Numbered from the stretch's first letter, positions 9,052 to 17,581 are shown. The stretch is DNA of 20,993 nucleotides from Bacteriovoracaceae bacterium (GCA_049599895.1 JBMYPC010000048.1:1-20993); one strand, 5' to 3'. The notes: generated by a model not told the origin, from the letters alone. Numbers and translations: made by a program.

Positions 9052-10032
9052 TTGAGTGATGATAAGAAAGAAACGGAGTATGCTGCAGTGCCACTTTCTG
9101 AAATTATACCCGAGCAAGACCTGGTGACGGATATCTATCTTAAGATCAACGAAAAATACTTAAAATACAAAGAGAAAAGCGACTTTCTCAAAGCCCATAA
9201 ATATGACCTTTTCATGTCAAAAAATGTGAAAGAGGTTTATATCCATATCTCAGAACTTAAAACCTTTATGGGCTGGCTTGAGAAGAATAAAGCTGACCGT
9301 GTGGATGAAATTGTCGAGCAAGTTGGTGAAGATTACCGAGAACTTGTGGAGAAACGCGAAGAGATTAAGGGGCTTGTTTTTGAGACCTTTGCTGACCAAG
9401 AGCTTGATAGCGAAATAGTTGATATATTAAAAGATCAAATAAAAGGTTTTGTGGCAGAGCTTTCTGAAAAAGATGTCTCTCAAAATGTGGTGGCCAGATT
9501 GATGGCCCATAACCCCTCTCTTGCTGACCATGCTCTTAACGTTGCAAATCTCTCCGTATTTTTAGGAATGACTTTAGGTTATGGTTCAGCGTTTGATTTA
9601 GAAAATCTTTATCTTGGTGGGTTACTTCACGAATATGGAAAAATCAAAATTCCAGCTAATGTTTTAGAGAATCCTTCGAGTCCAATGTATGCAGAAGCGA
9701 TTAGTCGGTATCCTGAACTGGGAGCAAAGTTACTCAAAAAACACAAAAATATTCCTCAACAAGTCGTGATGATTGTTGGACAACACTGTGAAAAGTTTAA
9801 TGGCCAGGGCTTCCCAAGAGGTCTTAAGGGTGAGGATATTTATCCCTTAGCGAAAATTGTTTCGATTGCTGTTCATTTTGATAATGCCGTTATTAAAAAT
9901 ATTAAAAAACCTTCTCAGATGTATAAGATTGCCTGCAAAACGATCGAGCACGATAGAGGAAGTTTTGATCCTAAAATGCTTGAAAGAGTTGTCGATGGAT
10001 TGAAGCTTGCTTATACAAACTTTGAGAAATAA
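9052..10032 (+). CDS. HD-GYP domain protein with degenerate motifs
   Basis: DHALNVA...GGLLHEYGKIKIP...QHCEKFNGQGFPRGLKGEDIYPLAKIVSIAVHFD...GSFDP follows the HD-GYP template, but HD reads HE, HHE reads HCE and GYP reads GFP. Confidence 0.88.
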   Translation: MSDDKKETEYAAVPLSEIIPEQDLVTDIYLKINEKYLKYKEKSDFLKAHKYDLFMSKNVKEVYIHISELKTFMGWLEKNKADRVDEIVEQVGEDYRELVEKREEIKGLVFETFADQELDSEIVDILKDQIKGFVAELSEKDVSQNVVARLMAHNPSLADHALNVANLSVFLGMTLGYGSAFDLENLYLGGLLHEYGKIKIPANVLENPSSPMYAEAISRYPELGAKLLKKHKNIPQQVVMIVGQHCEKFNGQGFPRGLKGEDIYPLAKIVSIAVHFDNAVIKNIKKPSQMYKIACKTIEHDRGSFDPKMLERVVDGLKLAYTNFEK

Positions 10033-10035
10033 AAA

Positions 10036-10524
10036 CTATTGAGTACAGGTTTTTGAATCACTGCTTTGTCGTCGCCACCTCTCGATTTCATTTTGTGCAG
10101 TTTCATCTAAACTTGATTGACCAAGATACTCACAAGAATTGCTTAAATCAAAAGCTTCAATTGATGAAGCAGACCCTGAATGACCTTTAATAAGTAAAAT
10201 TTTGTCTTTAAGAGAGAAGTAAATCTCTGGCATAAGGCTTAACTCGATCGTACACAAGGTGTCTTTAAAGTGAATCTCCAGTTTCCCATCAGGGCTTCCG
10301 ACATCTGAGCGAGTCAGTAATACAGATCCATATTGGATCAAAATTCTGTTAATTTCACTTTTTTCTTGAACCCATTGACTAATGAGAGGAGGGTCGCAGG
10401 AGAGCTTCTTTTTTAAATCAACAAAAGAGACTTTTTGCTCCAGTCTTTTTAAGGGATGGTAGACTTGTGTTTTTGTTGAGCAAGAAATAATAGATAGTAA
10501 AATATAGAAATAGAGAACTTTCAT
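10036..10524 (-). CDS. Hypothetical lipoprotein
   Basis: MKVLYFYILLSIIS-C signal peptide with a lipobox-like Cys15. AAAGG SD upstream; 162 aa with four further Cys. Confidence 0.7.
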   Translation of the reverse strand: MKVLYFYILLSIISCSTKTQVYHPLKRLEQKVSFVDLKKKLSCDPPLISQWVQEKSEINRILIQYGSVLLTRSDVGSPDGKLEIHFKDTLCTIELSLMPEIYFSLKDKILLIKGHSGSASSIEAFDLSNSCEYLGQSSLDETAQNEIERWRRQSSDSKTCTQ

Positions 10525-10598
10525 TATAACCTTTGATTGAGTTTCAAGTAATCTCGTTTATAAGAGCTATCCTGTCGAGAGCTTCAGATCTTGTCATT

Positions 10599-11372
10599 TT
10601 ACCAAGATTGAGCAGGTTTCGGCAGCTGCCCAGGTGGTTTGTAATCAGGATCAGGCTTTGGAAAGAGTTCTTCAACAGAAAGACTCGAGGGATCAAGATC
10701 TTTTGAAAGGTCATCTATCGCTTGATTGGAAATATCTGTAATGTTGTCACTCTTTTTCTTGGCCACAGGAGAAACATTTTTTACAATTCTAATATAGTCT
10801 AATTGGTTGGTTTTTTTGAAGTTTGAAAGCTCAATGTAAATTTTGAGTTTTTTATGAATACGCTTCAGTATGAGTGAAAGAAGAGAAAGAGAGGTTTTTG
10901 CAATTTGCTCAGGAGACTCTTTTTGAATATAGATAAGCCAGGGAAGGGTGAGTTTTGTTGTTGAAGTCGTTTTTGCTTTATATCTTTGAAAGTCTGAATA
11001 AAGGCTTTTTGCCATCCATTCAACAAAAGGCCCTGATTCTTTAAGCTTTTTAAGCTTCTTATCGAGTAAGTCTTTTTTGATATTGAGAGGACTAAGGCCT
11101 GAGATCCTGGGAGGTGTCTCAAGAATACTTTTATAGATTTCAGGTTTAAGGATTAAATAGAGTTCTTCTCTTTTTGTAAGATTCATCATTTGGATAAGGG
11201 TTTCAAGTTCTTCAACAGGCTTTTCGTTTTGTTTCTTATTAACACCAATTTCAAAAGATTTCAGAAGATATTGAAACTCTTGGGGGAGGTCGGTTGAATA
11301 CTCAATTCTAAGTGAAGCTTCGGAGCTTGCACTTATAAAAAAGAAAAGAATGGTTGTTAATAAGGTTTTCAC
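10599..11372 (-). CDS. Hypothetical exported protein with Pro-rich C-terminus
   Basis: Signal peptide MKTLLTTILFFFISASSEA; ends LFPKPDPDYKPPGQLPKPAQSW. Its GTG start overlaps the upstream stop codon by 4 bp. Confidence 0.75.
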   Translation of the reverse strand: MKTLLTTILFFFISASSEASLRIEYSTDLPQEFQYLLKSFEIGVNKKQNEKPVEELETLIQMMNLTKREELYLILKPEIYKSILETPPRISGLSPLNIKKDLLDKKLKKLKESGPFVEWMAKSLYSDFQRYKAKTTSTTKLTLPWLIYIQKESPEQIAKTSLSLLSLILKRIHKKLKIYIELSNFKKTNQLDYIRIVKNVSPVAKKKSDNITDISNQAIDDLSKDLDPSSLSVEELFPKPDPDYKPPGQLPKPAQSW

Positions 11373-12418
11373 TTTGTTAAGTTGTCCACCTTTTTAATAT
11401 CTGCATTGCCTAGGGCCACATAATATTCACCTTTATAGGGGACGAGAAGAGTTTGATCCATTCGAATGAGACTAAAAATCTTCTCCATCTGAGTTATGCG
11501 GCTGACAGTCTTTTGTTTAAGGTCAATTCTTGCCACATCAAAAGCGTTCTTATTTTGAGTGGAATAATTTTTAATGAAATAGATTTGAGAATCACTTAAG
11601 CGACAAGAAATCATACCAAGGTCATTCAATCCAGATTGATAGAGAAGTTTTGGTTTTTTATTTCCAGGGATCTCATTTTTTTTGATGTGATAGAGATGAG
11701 TTTGCTTTTGACTCGGAACGAGACCCTTTTCAAGAATAAACAACTGGCTTTTGTTCATACACGTCTCGATGGAGAGACCTTGTGAATTCGTTTTAAGGAT
11801 TGTCTTTTGTTTTAGGGGAGATCTTTGAAAATAGATCAGTCCCATTTGCCCAGAAGCATTGATGTCTGTGTAAACAACTCTTCCGTCTGCAAGCATCTCT
11901 GCTTGAGGTGTGAAGTATTGATAAACTCGGTTTGAGAGCTTTATATGAAACCTTTCAGCAGGAGAGATTAGGTTAAGAAAGTGAATTTCTCTTGCGTAAG
12001 GATTGTAAACACTTACCCAGGTTCCATTCATATGAAGCTTGGGAGAGATTCCTTCAATCAGGAACCGAGCATTGGCAGTGCCCCGTTTAAGTCTAAAAAT
12101 CTTTTTTAGTTTACGGAAACTAAATCTTGTATGGTAAGTCTCATCGACTGTGACGACCAGGTTATCGCTTCCAGGATAATCGAGGATGGAATAATGAGCG
12201 CCTTTTTCATATTCCAAGACTTTTTCAGTTTTATAATTAAGAGAGAGGTTTAGCCTACCTGATTTCATTTGATAATAAGTGTATTTACCATCAGATGAAA
12301 GGTAGCGAAGATTTGAAATCTCTTGTTTCGTGAGAAACTTTGGGAGATCTTTAGCGCTTGCTGAGTAGGAAAAACTAAGAACGAGGAATGTGAAAAGGAT
12401 GAAACTAGTTTCTTTCAA
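11369..12418 (-). CDS. Hypothetical exported protein, probable beta-propeller (TolB-like)
   Basis: Likely start is TTG 12418, with GGAG 6 nt upstream, giving the signal peptide MKETSFILFTFLVLSFSYSASA. Propeller-like blades include LSSDGKYTYY, SPKLHMNGTWVSVY, MLADGRVVY and IDLKQKTVSRIT. The ORF track start at 12526 is probably too far upstream. Confidence 0.7.
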   Translation of the reverse strand: MKETSFILFTFLVLSFSYSASAKDLPKFLTKQEISNLRYLSSDGKYTYYQMKSGRLNLSLNYKTEKVLEYEKGAHYSILDYPGSDNLVVTVDETYHTRFSFRKLKKIFRLKRGTANARFLIEGISPKLHMNGTWVSVYNPYAREIHFLNLISPAERFHIKLSNRVYQYFTPQAEMLADGRVVYTDINASGQMGLIYFQRSPLKQKTILKTNSQGLSIETCMNKSQLFILEKGLVPSQKQTHLYHIKKNEIPGNKKPKLLYQSGLNDLGMISCRLSDSQIYFIKNYSTQNKNAFDVARIDLKQKTVSRITQMEKIFSLIRMDQTLLVPYKGEYYVALGNADIKKVDNLTK

Positions 12419-14321
12419 TTCTTGCTCCATAAAGTGTCCAAGTCCTTGAAGGATGGATCTTTTCAAACAAACTGAGTGAATGGAAAACATTTTGCCACCA
12501 GATAAGTCTCGGAGAATGAGCATCATCCATAGAGAGCCTTAGGCTTACAAATTTTATTCCTTTTCTTTCAAGAACATTATCAATAATAAATGGCTCTGGT
12601 GTGCAGGCATTTAATCTTTGAGATGGGAAAAAACCAGGAAGTAAGGTTTCAAGACATCCAATACCATGAATGACGCCATTTTTATTTTTTTCTAGAAAAC
12701 TTTGCATAAGCGTAAAGTTTGGAATTCTTTTATGAGAGATTCCTTTAGATTCGAAGAGAACGCGAGTTTGTGAGTATTTAGGATTGATAAAACCATCATC
12801 GAAATAATGAATCTTAAAATCTCCTTCATACTCAATTCCTTTGACTTCTTTTTGATCAAGGACAACTTTTCTTTGACAGCTTTGGAGAGTACAGTTTTTA
12901 TCGTCAAATATAATAAAACAACCAGTTGTAAAACCTAGGCGTTGAGGATTGTATTGGCTGGCGGAAACGATCTTGCAATCAAGTTTGTTGGGGCTAGGGG
13001 CAATTCTTTTTATAATTTTTGCCACAACATTGGTTTCAGCAATTTCAGGATCTCTGTCTCCTGGGATATAACTCTTGCAAAGTCTTTTATTTTCTATCTT
13101 ATCAAAATAACAAATTTTCATAGGCCAGGCGTTGTCATTTTTATAATTAAGATTGAGCTTCGCAAAGTTTTCAAGGGCGAAAGATTGGCAGTCGTTAAAC
13201 TTTTCACCTGAAAGTTCAGCAAAATGAGAATTGAGGCGATGAATATTAATAATCGCACCATTATCAATAAAGCCAGGGCAGTCTCTATAGTCTGTTTTGA
13301 GTCGTGAGCTATTAAGAAGAAAGGATTGAATTGTGCAATTATTTCTTGGGGCCAAGGAAGGATAGTCCAAAAGAGCATCGTTCATACAGACTTCAGGTTT
13401 TGAAACAAGTTCTGATCGACATTGATTTAATGACCTCACGCCATTTAATTCTTTACAGCGATAGCTCATAAGCCATTTAGGTTTTTCACCCATTACGACT
13501 TTATTCCAGACCAGAGGAGAAATATAGCTCTTGCAGAAACCCTTCTCATTGGAAATATTACGGCAAAGATTGTTGAGGTAATTGTCTGTTTGAGTGCCTA
13601 TTTCAGATTTGAGACTCTTCAGCTCACTTATTTTTTGATTAAGGTTTTGCAGGCCTTTCACATCAACGGAGCTGAGCTCGTTTTTTTGAATAGTTAAAAA
13701 CTGTACTTGCTCGTCAATATTTGTCAAAGAGCAAAGATTAGGGAGATATTTATTGGTTTTCCATTTTAAATGAAGTTCGGAGCATTCCTTTTCAGTTCTT
13801 GGAATTTCAAAGTTTAAAGTTCGAAGTAATGAAGTGATAGATCTTGAGTTAAAAAATTTAAGTTTTGAATGAACGCTCGGGCACTTCTCTTTAAGAACAA
13901 AGTTTTTAAATTCCTCGAGAGTCAGGTTGTAAATATTTTGATTCTCTCCACTACCTTCCGCGAGGATTACAAAGTCATTAATCTTGTTATGAGATCGGAG
14001 GAGGTGATTGATAACAAGGTCAGAAAGTGAACAGAAGTTGTTTTTCGTTAATGACATCGCATTTTCTGAGCTAAACAGAAAAAGAGACATTAAGTATCGA
14101 CTTTCAAATTTTAAAGATTCAAGTTTGATACCTTTTAAAGGTTTTGAATTGATTTTAGAAAGGGCCATTGAGGCCCTTCTATATTTTTCAATGGTTTCTT
14201 TTAATGGCGCGACAATTCCTGGGAACTCTTGAGCAAGGTTAGTTCCCGAGAAAAGAATCGCGAAGAATAGACATTTAAAGCGTAGACTTCGCAAGCAATG
14301 TCGCCACATCTTCAACTTCAA
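12405..14321 (-). CDS. Large Cys-rich hypothetical exported protein
   Basis: Open frame of 638 aa with a signal-like RSLRFKCLFFAILFSGTNLA, about 20 Cys in the mature part and a central coiled-coil-like stretch. The start is uncertain (14321, 14315, 14309 or 14294). It overlaps both neighbouring genes. Confidence 0.78.
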   Translation of the reverse strand: MKLKMWRHCLRSLRFKCLFFAILFSGTNLAQEFPGIVAPLKETIEKYRRASMALSKINSKPLKGIKLESLKFESRYLMSLFLFSSENAMSLTKNNFCSLSDLVINHLLRSHNKINDFVILAEGSGENQNIYNLTLEEFKNFVLKEKCPSVHSKLKFFNSRSITSLLRTLNFEIPRTEKECSELHLKWKTNKYLPNLCSLTNIDEQVQFLTIQKNELSSVDVKGLQNLNQKISELKSLKSEIGTQTDNYLNNLCRNISNEKGFCKSYISPLVWNKVVMGEKPKWLMSYRCKELNGVRSLNQCRSELVSKPEVCMNDALLDYPSLAPRNNCTIQSFLLNSSRLKTDYRDCPGFIDNGAIINIHRLNSHFAELSGEKFNDCQSFALENFAKLNLNYKNDNAWPMKICYFDKIENKRLCKSYIPGDRDPEIAETNVVAKIIKRIAPSPNKLDCKIVSASQYNPQRLGFTTGCFIIFDDKNCTLQSCQRKVVLDQKEVKGIEYEGDFKIHYFDDGFINPKYSQTRVLFESKGISHKRIPNFTLMQSFLEKNKNGVIHGIGCLETLLPGFFPSQRLNACTPEPFIIDNVLERKGIKFVSLRLSMDDAHSPRLIWWQNVFHSLSLFEKIHPSRTWTLYGARIERN

Positions 14322-16326
14322 GTTCCTCTGTTATTTTAACTTGAGATTTGGATGAGTTAAAATTAATAAGACAATACGAGCATGAAGTCGCTAATTTCTT
14401 TACTTCAGTATCAGCGACATGCTCAAGACGGCTTTTTGAAATATGCTCACCTTCAGGGAGCTCATACCACATATTTCCACCACCCATTCCACAGCAGAGG
14501 GCCTTGTCTTTATTTTTTTCCATCTCATTTAATTTAAGACCAGGAATTGCACCTAAGATCTCTCTTGGGGCGTCGTATTCACCATGATGTCTTCCTAAAT
14601 AACAAGGATCGTGAAAAGAAAGAGTTTCATTCACTTCTTTTTCTGGCTTGAGTTTTCCTGATCTTAAAAGTTCTGCTAGGATTTCCGTATGGTGAATTAC
14701 TGTAAAGTCTGCATTAATTTCTTCTTCAAGATAGACTTTTCCGTATTCCTTACCCACTTTTTTATACTCTTTGCCTATAGTGTGAAGACAGTGAGGGCAG
14801 TGAGTGATGATCTTATCAAATTCATAGTTGTTGATCATACTTATGTTTTCAATAGCAACTTCAGAAAAAGTATACTCGTCACCAAAGCGGCGGATAGGAT
14901 CACCGTTACATTTTTCACCTTTTCCAATAACAGCAAAATCGACCCCTGCTTTTTGAAGAAGAGAAATCGTATCGATAAGAACTTTTTGATTTGAATCATC
15001 ATAAGCGCCGGCACAGCCAACGTAGTAGAGATAATCAATTTTTTTACCTGGTTCTGCGACTGGAACATCGAGACCATCAGCCCATTTAAATCGGTCATCT
15101 TGTGAGATTCCCCATGGGTTACCATTCACTTTGATTTTATTTACAGCATCAGCGGCAGCAGGAGGAAGATCACCAAGAGTGAGGGCCTTATATCTTTTCG
15201 CCTCCATAATCACATTCACATGCTCAATATTAGCGGGGCATTCTTCCATGCAGGCACCACAAGTTGTACAGGCATCAATTTCACTCGATGTATAAAGCGG
15301 ACTTTCTTCACCCCAGATTTCAAAGTCCTTAGTTTCCTCATTTAAGGATTCGTGACTTTGGTCTCGAAGTTTTGTAATGATCTTTTTTGGATCGAGAGGT
15401 TTCCCCGCAATGTTCGCAGGGCAGACCTGAGTACAACGTCCACATTCAACACAGGTTAATAAATCAAACTTATTTTTGAGAGTGAGCTCTGAGAATTTAG
15501 AAAGTCCAAAGCTTTCAGCATTTTCGTCAGTAAAGTCCATTGTATCAAGAACAGCTCCTCTTCTATACGGTGTAATAAGTGAAGAGAGAGGGAGAAACAA
15601 AATATGAGAAAACTTTGAGTGCCCAATTGCCGCAACAAAGAACATCGTATTGGCCATGTGAAAGAACCAGAGACCTTGATAAGTAATGGCCAGTCCCGAC
15701 TCTGAAAGTCCAAGGGTGTTCACACAAAGGGCCACTGCCCAGCCCACAGGAGAAATATAAGCTTCATGTCCTGGCATCGAAGTTCCAGCGATTCTTAAGC
15801 CTTCAAGAAGATAACCAATAACAACTAATGCAACCAACACTCCATACATGAAGAGTTCTCGCTCTGGCTTTGTCGCCTCAAGGTATTTTGGCTTATCGAT
15901 ATATCTTCTTTTGTAAGCAAGTCCGATACCGATAAGAAGTACAACTCCGGCAATATCAGCAAGAAATGAAACTGTGACATAGGTCATTCCTGTAAAAACT
16001 TTAAAGGGAGTATCGTAGTGAATGGCCACAAGATCAGTGGCAATCCAAAGAATAACGAATCCGTAATAAATCATTGAATGAAAAATACCAACCCGAGAAT
16101 CACGGGTGACTTTTCCAGTGAAGAAAATGGTATTGATGAAATTCGACCAGTTCAATTTCTTGGGAAGGAGGTCTTTAAAACTTTTATCACCCACAACAAA
16201 TTTATATTTTTGTAAAAGCCCCTGAATGCTGTACGCGAAACTGGCAATTAACAAACCATACATCGAGAATTTCATCCATACTGGGATGTTCCACATGATT
16301 TCCCGAGTTGTTTGGTCATCAATCAT
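14275..16326 (-). CDS. FadF-like membrane-bound Fe-S oxidoreductase (transmembrane domain + 2x[4Fe-4S] + two CCG domains)
   Basis: N-terminal TM helices with His (GIFHSMIYYGF, WFFHMA, KFSHI); CVECGRCTQVCP and CTTCGACMEECP; CCG-domain motifs YVGC/KCNGD/HCPHC and HDPCYLGRH/LCCGMGGG/TSCSYC. AGGAG SD 6 nt upstream. Confidence 0.92.
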   Translation of the reverse strand: MIDDQTTREIMWNIPVWMKFSMYGLLIASFAYSIQGLLQKYKFVVGDKSFKDLLPKKLNWSNFINTIFFTGKVTRDSRVGIFHSMIYYGFVILWIATDLVAIHYDTPFKVFTGMTYVTVSFLADIAGVVLLIGIGLAYKRRYIDKPKYLEATKPERELFMYGVLVALVVIGYLLEGLRIAGTSMPGHEAYISPVGWAVALCVNTLGLSESGLAITYQGLWFFHMANTMFFVAAIGHSKFSHILFLPLSSLITPYRRGAVLDTMDFTDENAESFGLSKFSELTLKNKFDLLTCVECGRCTQVCPANIAGKPLDPKKIITKLRDQSHESLNEETKDFEIWGEESPLYTSSEIDACTTCGACMEECPANIEHVNVIMEAKRYKALTLGDLPPAAADAVNKIKVNGNPWGISQDDRFKWADGLDVPVAEPGKKIDYLYYVGCAGAYDDSNQKVLIDTISLLQKAGVDFAVIGKGEKCNGDPIRRFGDEYTFSEVAIENISMINNYEFDKIITHCPHCLHTIGKEYKKVGKEYGKVYLEEEINADFTVIHHTEILAELLRSGKLKPEKEVNETLSFHDPCYLGRHHGEYDAPREILGAIPGLKLNEMEKNKDKALCCGMGGGNMWYELPEGEHISKSRLEHVADTEVKKLATSCSYCLINFNSSKSQVKITEELEVEDVATLLAKSTL
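14734..14775 (-). repeat. Diverged 21-nt tandem duplication inside the FadF-like gene (GKEYKKV-GKEYGKV)
   Basis: Minus strand reads GGC AAA GAG TAT AAA AAA GTG / GGT AAG GAA TAC GGA AAA GTC. Confidence 0.55.
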
Positions 16327-16492
16327 TTTTTACTCCTGTTCATACTTAAAATTTTATCTTTAGTATTGTATCGAATTCTGATCAAAGTGGAATGATAAAA
16401 TGAGCTGTTTTTAAAGGAAGACTCTGAAATATTAATAGCTGAACAAGCGTGATTCCCCTAAAATCATTAACAATGGTTTTTTTAAATAAGGA

Positions 16493-17452
16493 ATGTTTGT
16501 GTTCTCGAAATCTTTGCTTCTTATTCTTCTTTTTTTGTGCTCCGCATGCTCTCTTTTTCAATACGATCTAGGAATGAAAAAACATTCATTTGGGACTAAA
16601 CCAAAAAAAATAATCTGGCTTCAAGTCGCTGGGTTGTCATCTTCGCATTTTGCAGCTCTTAAGTATGTCGATGGAAAAACAAATACTCGGGTGGCCCTTG
16701 AATCTTCTCAGTGCGTGGGAAAAATTTGGAATTATAATCTTTTTAAAATAAGGCCTTCGGCAAAAGACCAAATGCTCTCTCAAGTTACCGGGACAAAGAA
16801 TATTGAAAAAGGTTGTCCTAAGTCGCAAAAGGTATTCGTTGATAAATCGTTAGGTGATCTTGGCTATGAACTTGGTCAGTATCGATTCGGTGATGAAAGT
16901 TTTGCTTCTTGTGAGCGTTTCGATTCATCAGTTCTTTGGATGTCGAGATCAAGAAAAGAAAAAAATTCTCTCGAATTTCATTATCAAGAAATGGGAAGTT
17001 TTAAATTAGGAGAAACCTATAACGATAAGTCCTGTGGGGCTCAAGGATGCTTTACGGATATTGCCAAAAACATTGATGCTATCCAAAGCAGTTATTTTAA
17101 AGGAAAAAATTATTATTTCTTCAATATTCAAATTTATGAGTATGAAAAACTTTTAAAAGAGAAAAACTTTGAAAAGGCTTTAGAACTTCTTCAGCAAATT
17201 AATCAGGCCATTAGCAATCTTATTAAAAAAGAGGGGGAGGATACTCTTGTTCTCGTTTCCACAACCTCTCCCATTGATTTGGTATTTCCCAAACAGGGCC
17301 AGGAGTGGTCGAAGGTCAATAGTTCCATCAGAAGGTCAAAATCAAACCTTTCTGGAGAAGTATTTGCTTTTGGGGCTTCGTCAGAGAAGTTCTGTGGCGT
17401 CTATGACTCTAATGAGATTTCTCATCGCCTGCTTCACAACTTCAACCTTTAA
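16493..17452 (+). CDS. Lipoprotein with degenerate alkaline-phosphatase-like fold
   Basis: Lipobox-like LCSA-C. KPKKIIWLQVAGL, EDTLVLVSTT and VFAFGASSEKFCGVYDSNEISH parallel the PhoA segments KNIILLIGDGM, DTLVIVTADH and V.V.A.GPGA..F.G..DNT.I. TAAGGA lies just upstream of the ATG. Confidence 0.7.
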   Translation: MFVFSKSLLLILLFLCSACSLFQYDLGMKKHSFGTKPKKIIWLQVAGLSSSHFAALKYVDGKTNTRVALESSQCVGKIWNYNLFKIRPSAKDQMLSQVTGTKNIEKGCPKSQKVFVDKSLGDLGYELGQYRFGDESFASCERFDSSVLWMSRSRKEKNSLEFHYQEMGSFKLGETYNDKSCGAQGCFTDIAKNIDAIQSSYFKGKNYYFFNIQIYEYEKLLKEKNFEKALELLQQINQAISNLIKKEGEDTLVLVSTTSPIDLVFPKQGQEWSKVNSSIRRSKSNLSGEVFAFGASSEKFCGVYDSNEISHRLLHNFNL

Positions 17453-17581
17453 AAAGGTATCGTGTCCTAAGTGTGTCGTAAAAAAGTACTCTAAGTACCT
17501 AAAACCCTTTGTGTGCATGTTGTCATAAATCTTTTTCATTCAAGAAAAATTTCTATGAAATCTGAGAAAAATTGGAAGTTC

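Noticed and set aside
10520..10548. Minus-strand TTGAAA...TATAAT as a promoter for the lipoprotein gene
   Set aside because: The spacer is only 13 bp and TATAAT overlaps the ATG. The region reads better as an SD (AAAGG) plus start codon.
12692..15713. Short nested or antisense ORFs in the Cys-rich and FadF-like genes
   Set aside because: They are shadow ORFs without independent coding evidence.
16370..16390. FNR-like site upstream of the Fe-S oxidoreductase
   Set aside because: Only one ATCAA half-site is present, with no matching TTGAT at the 4-nt spacing.
17247..17528. 93-aa + strand ORF overlapping the end of the AlkP-like gene
   Set aside because: About three quarters of it overlaps a real CDS in another frame, and the translation has no recognisable features.
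17461..17530. Short repeats as a CRISPR remnant
   Set aside because: The repeats are only 6-8 bp, there is no regular repeat-spacer period, and there are no cas genes.
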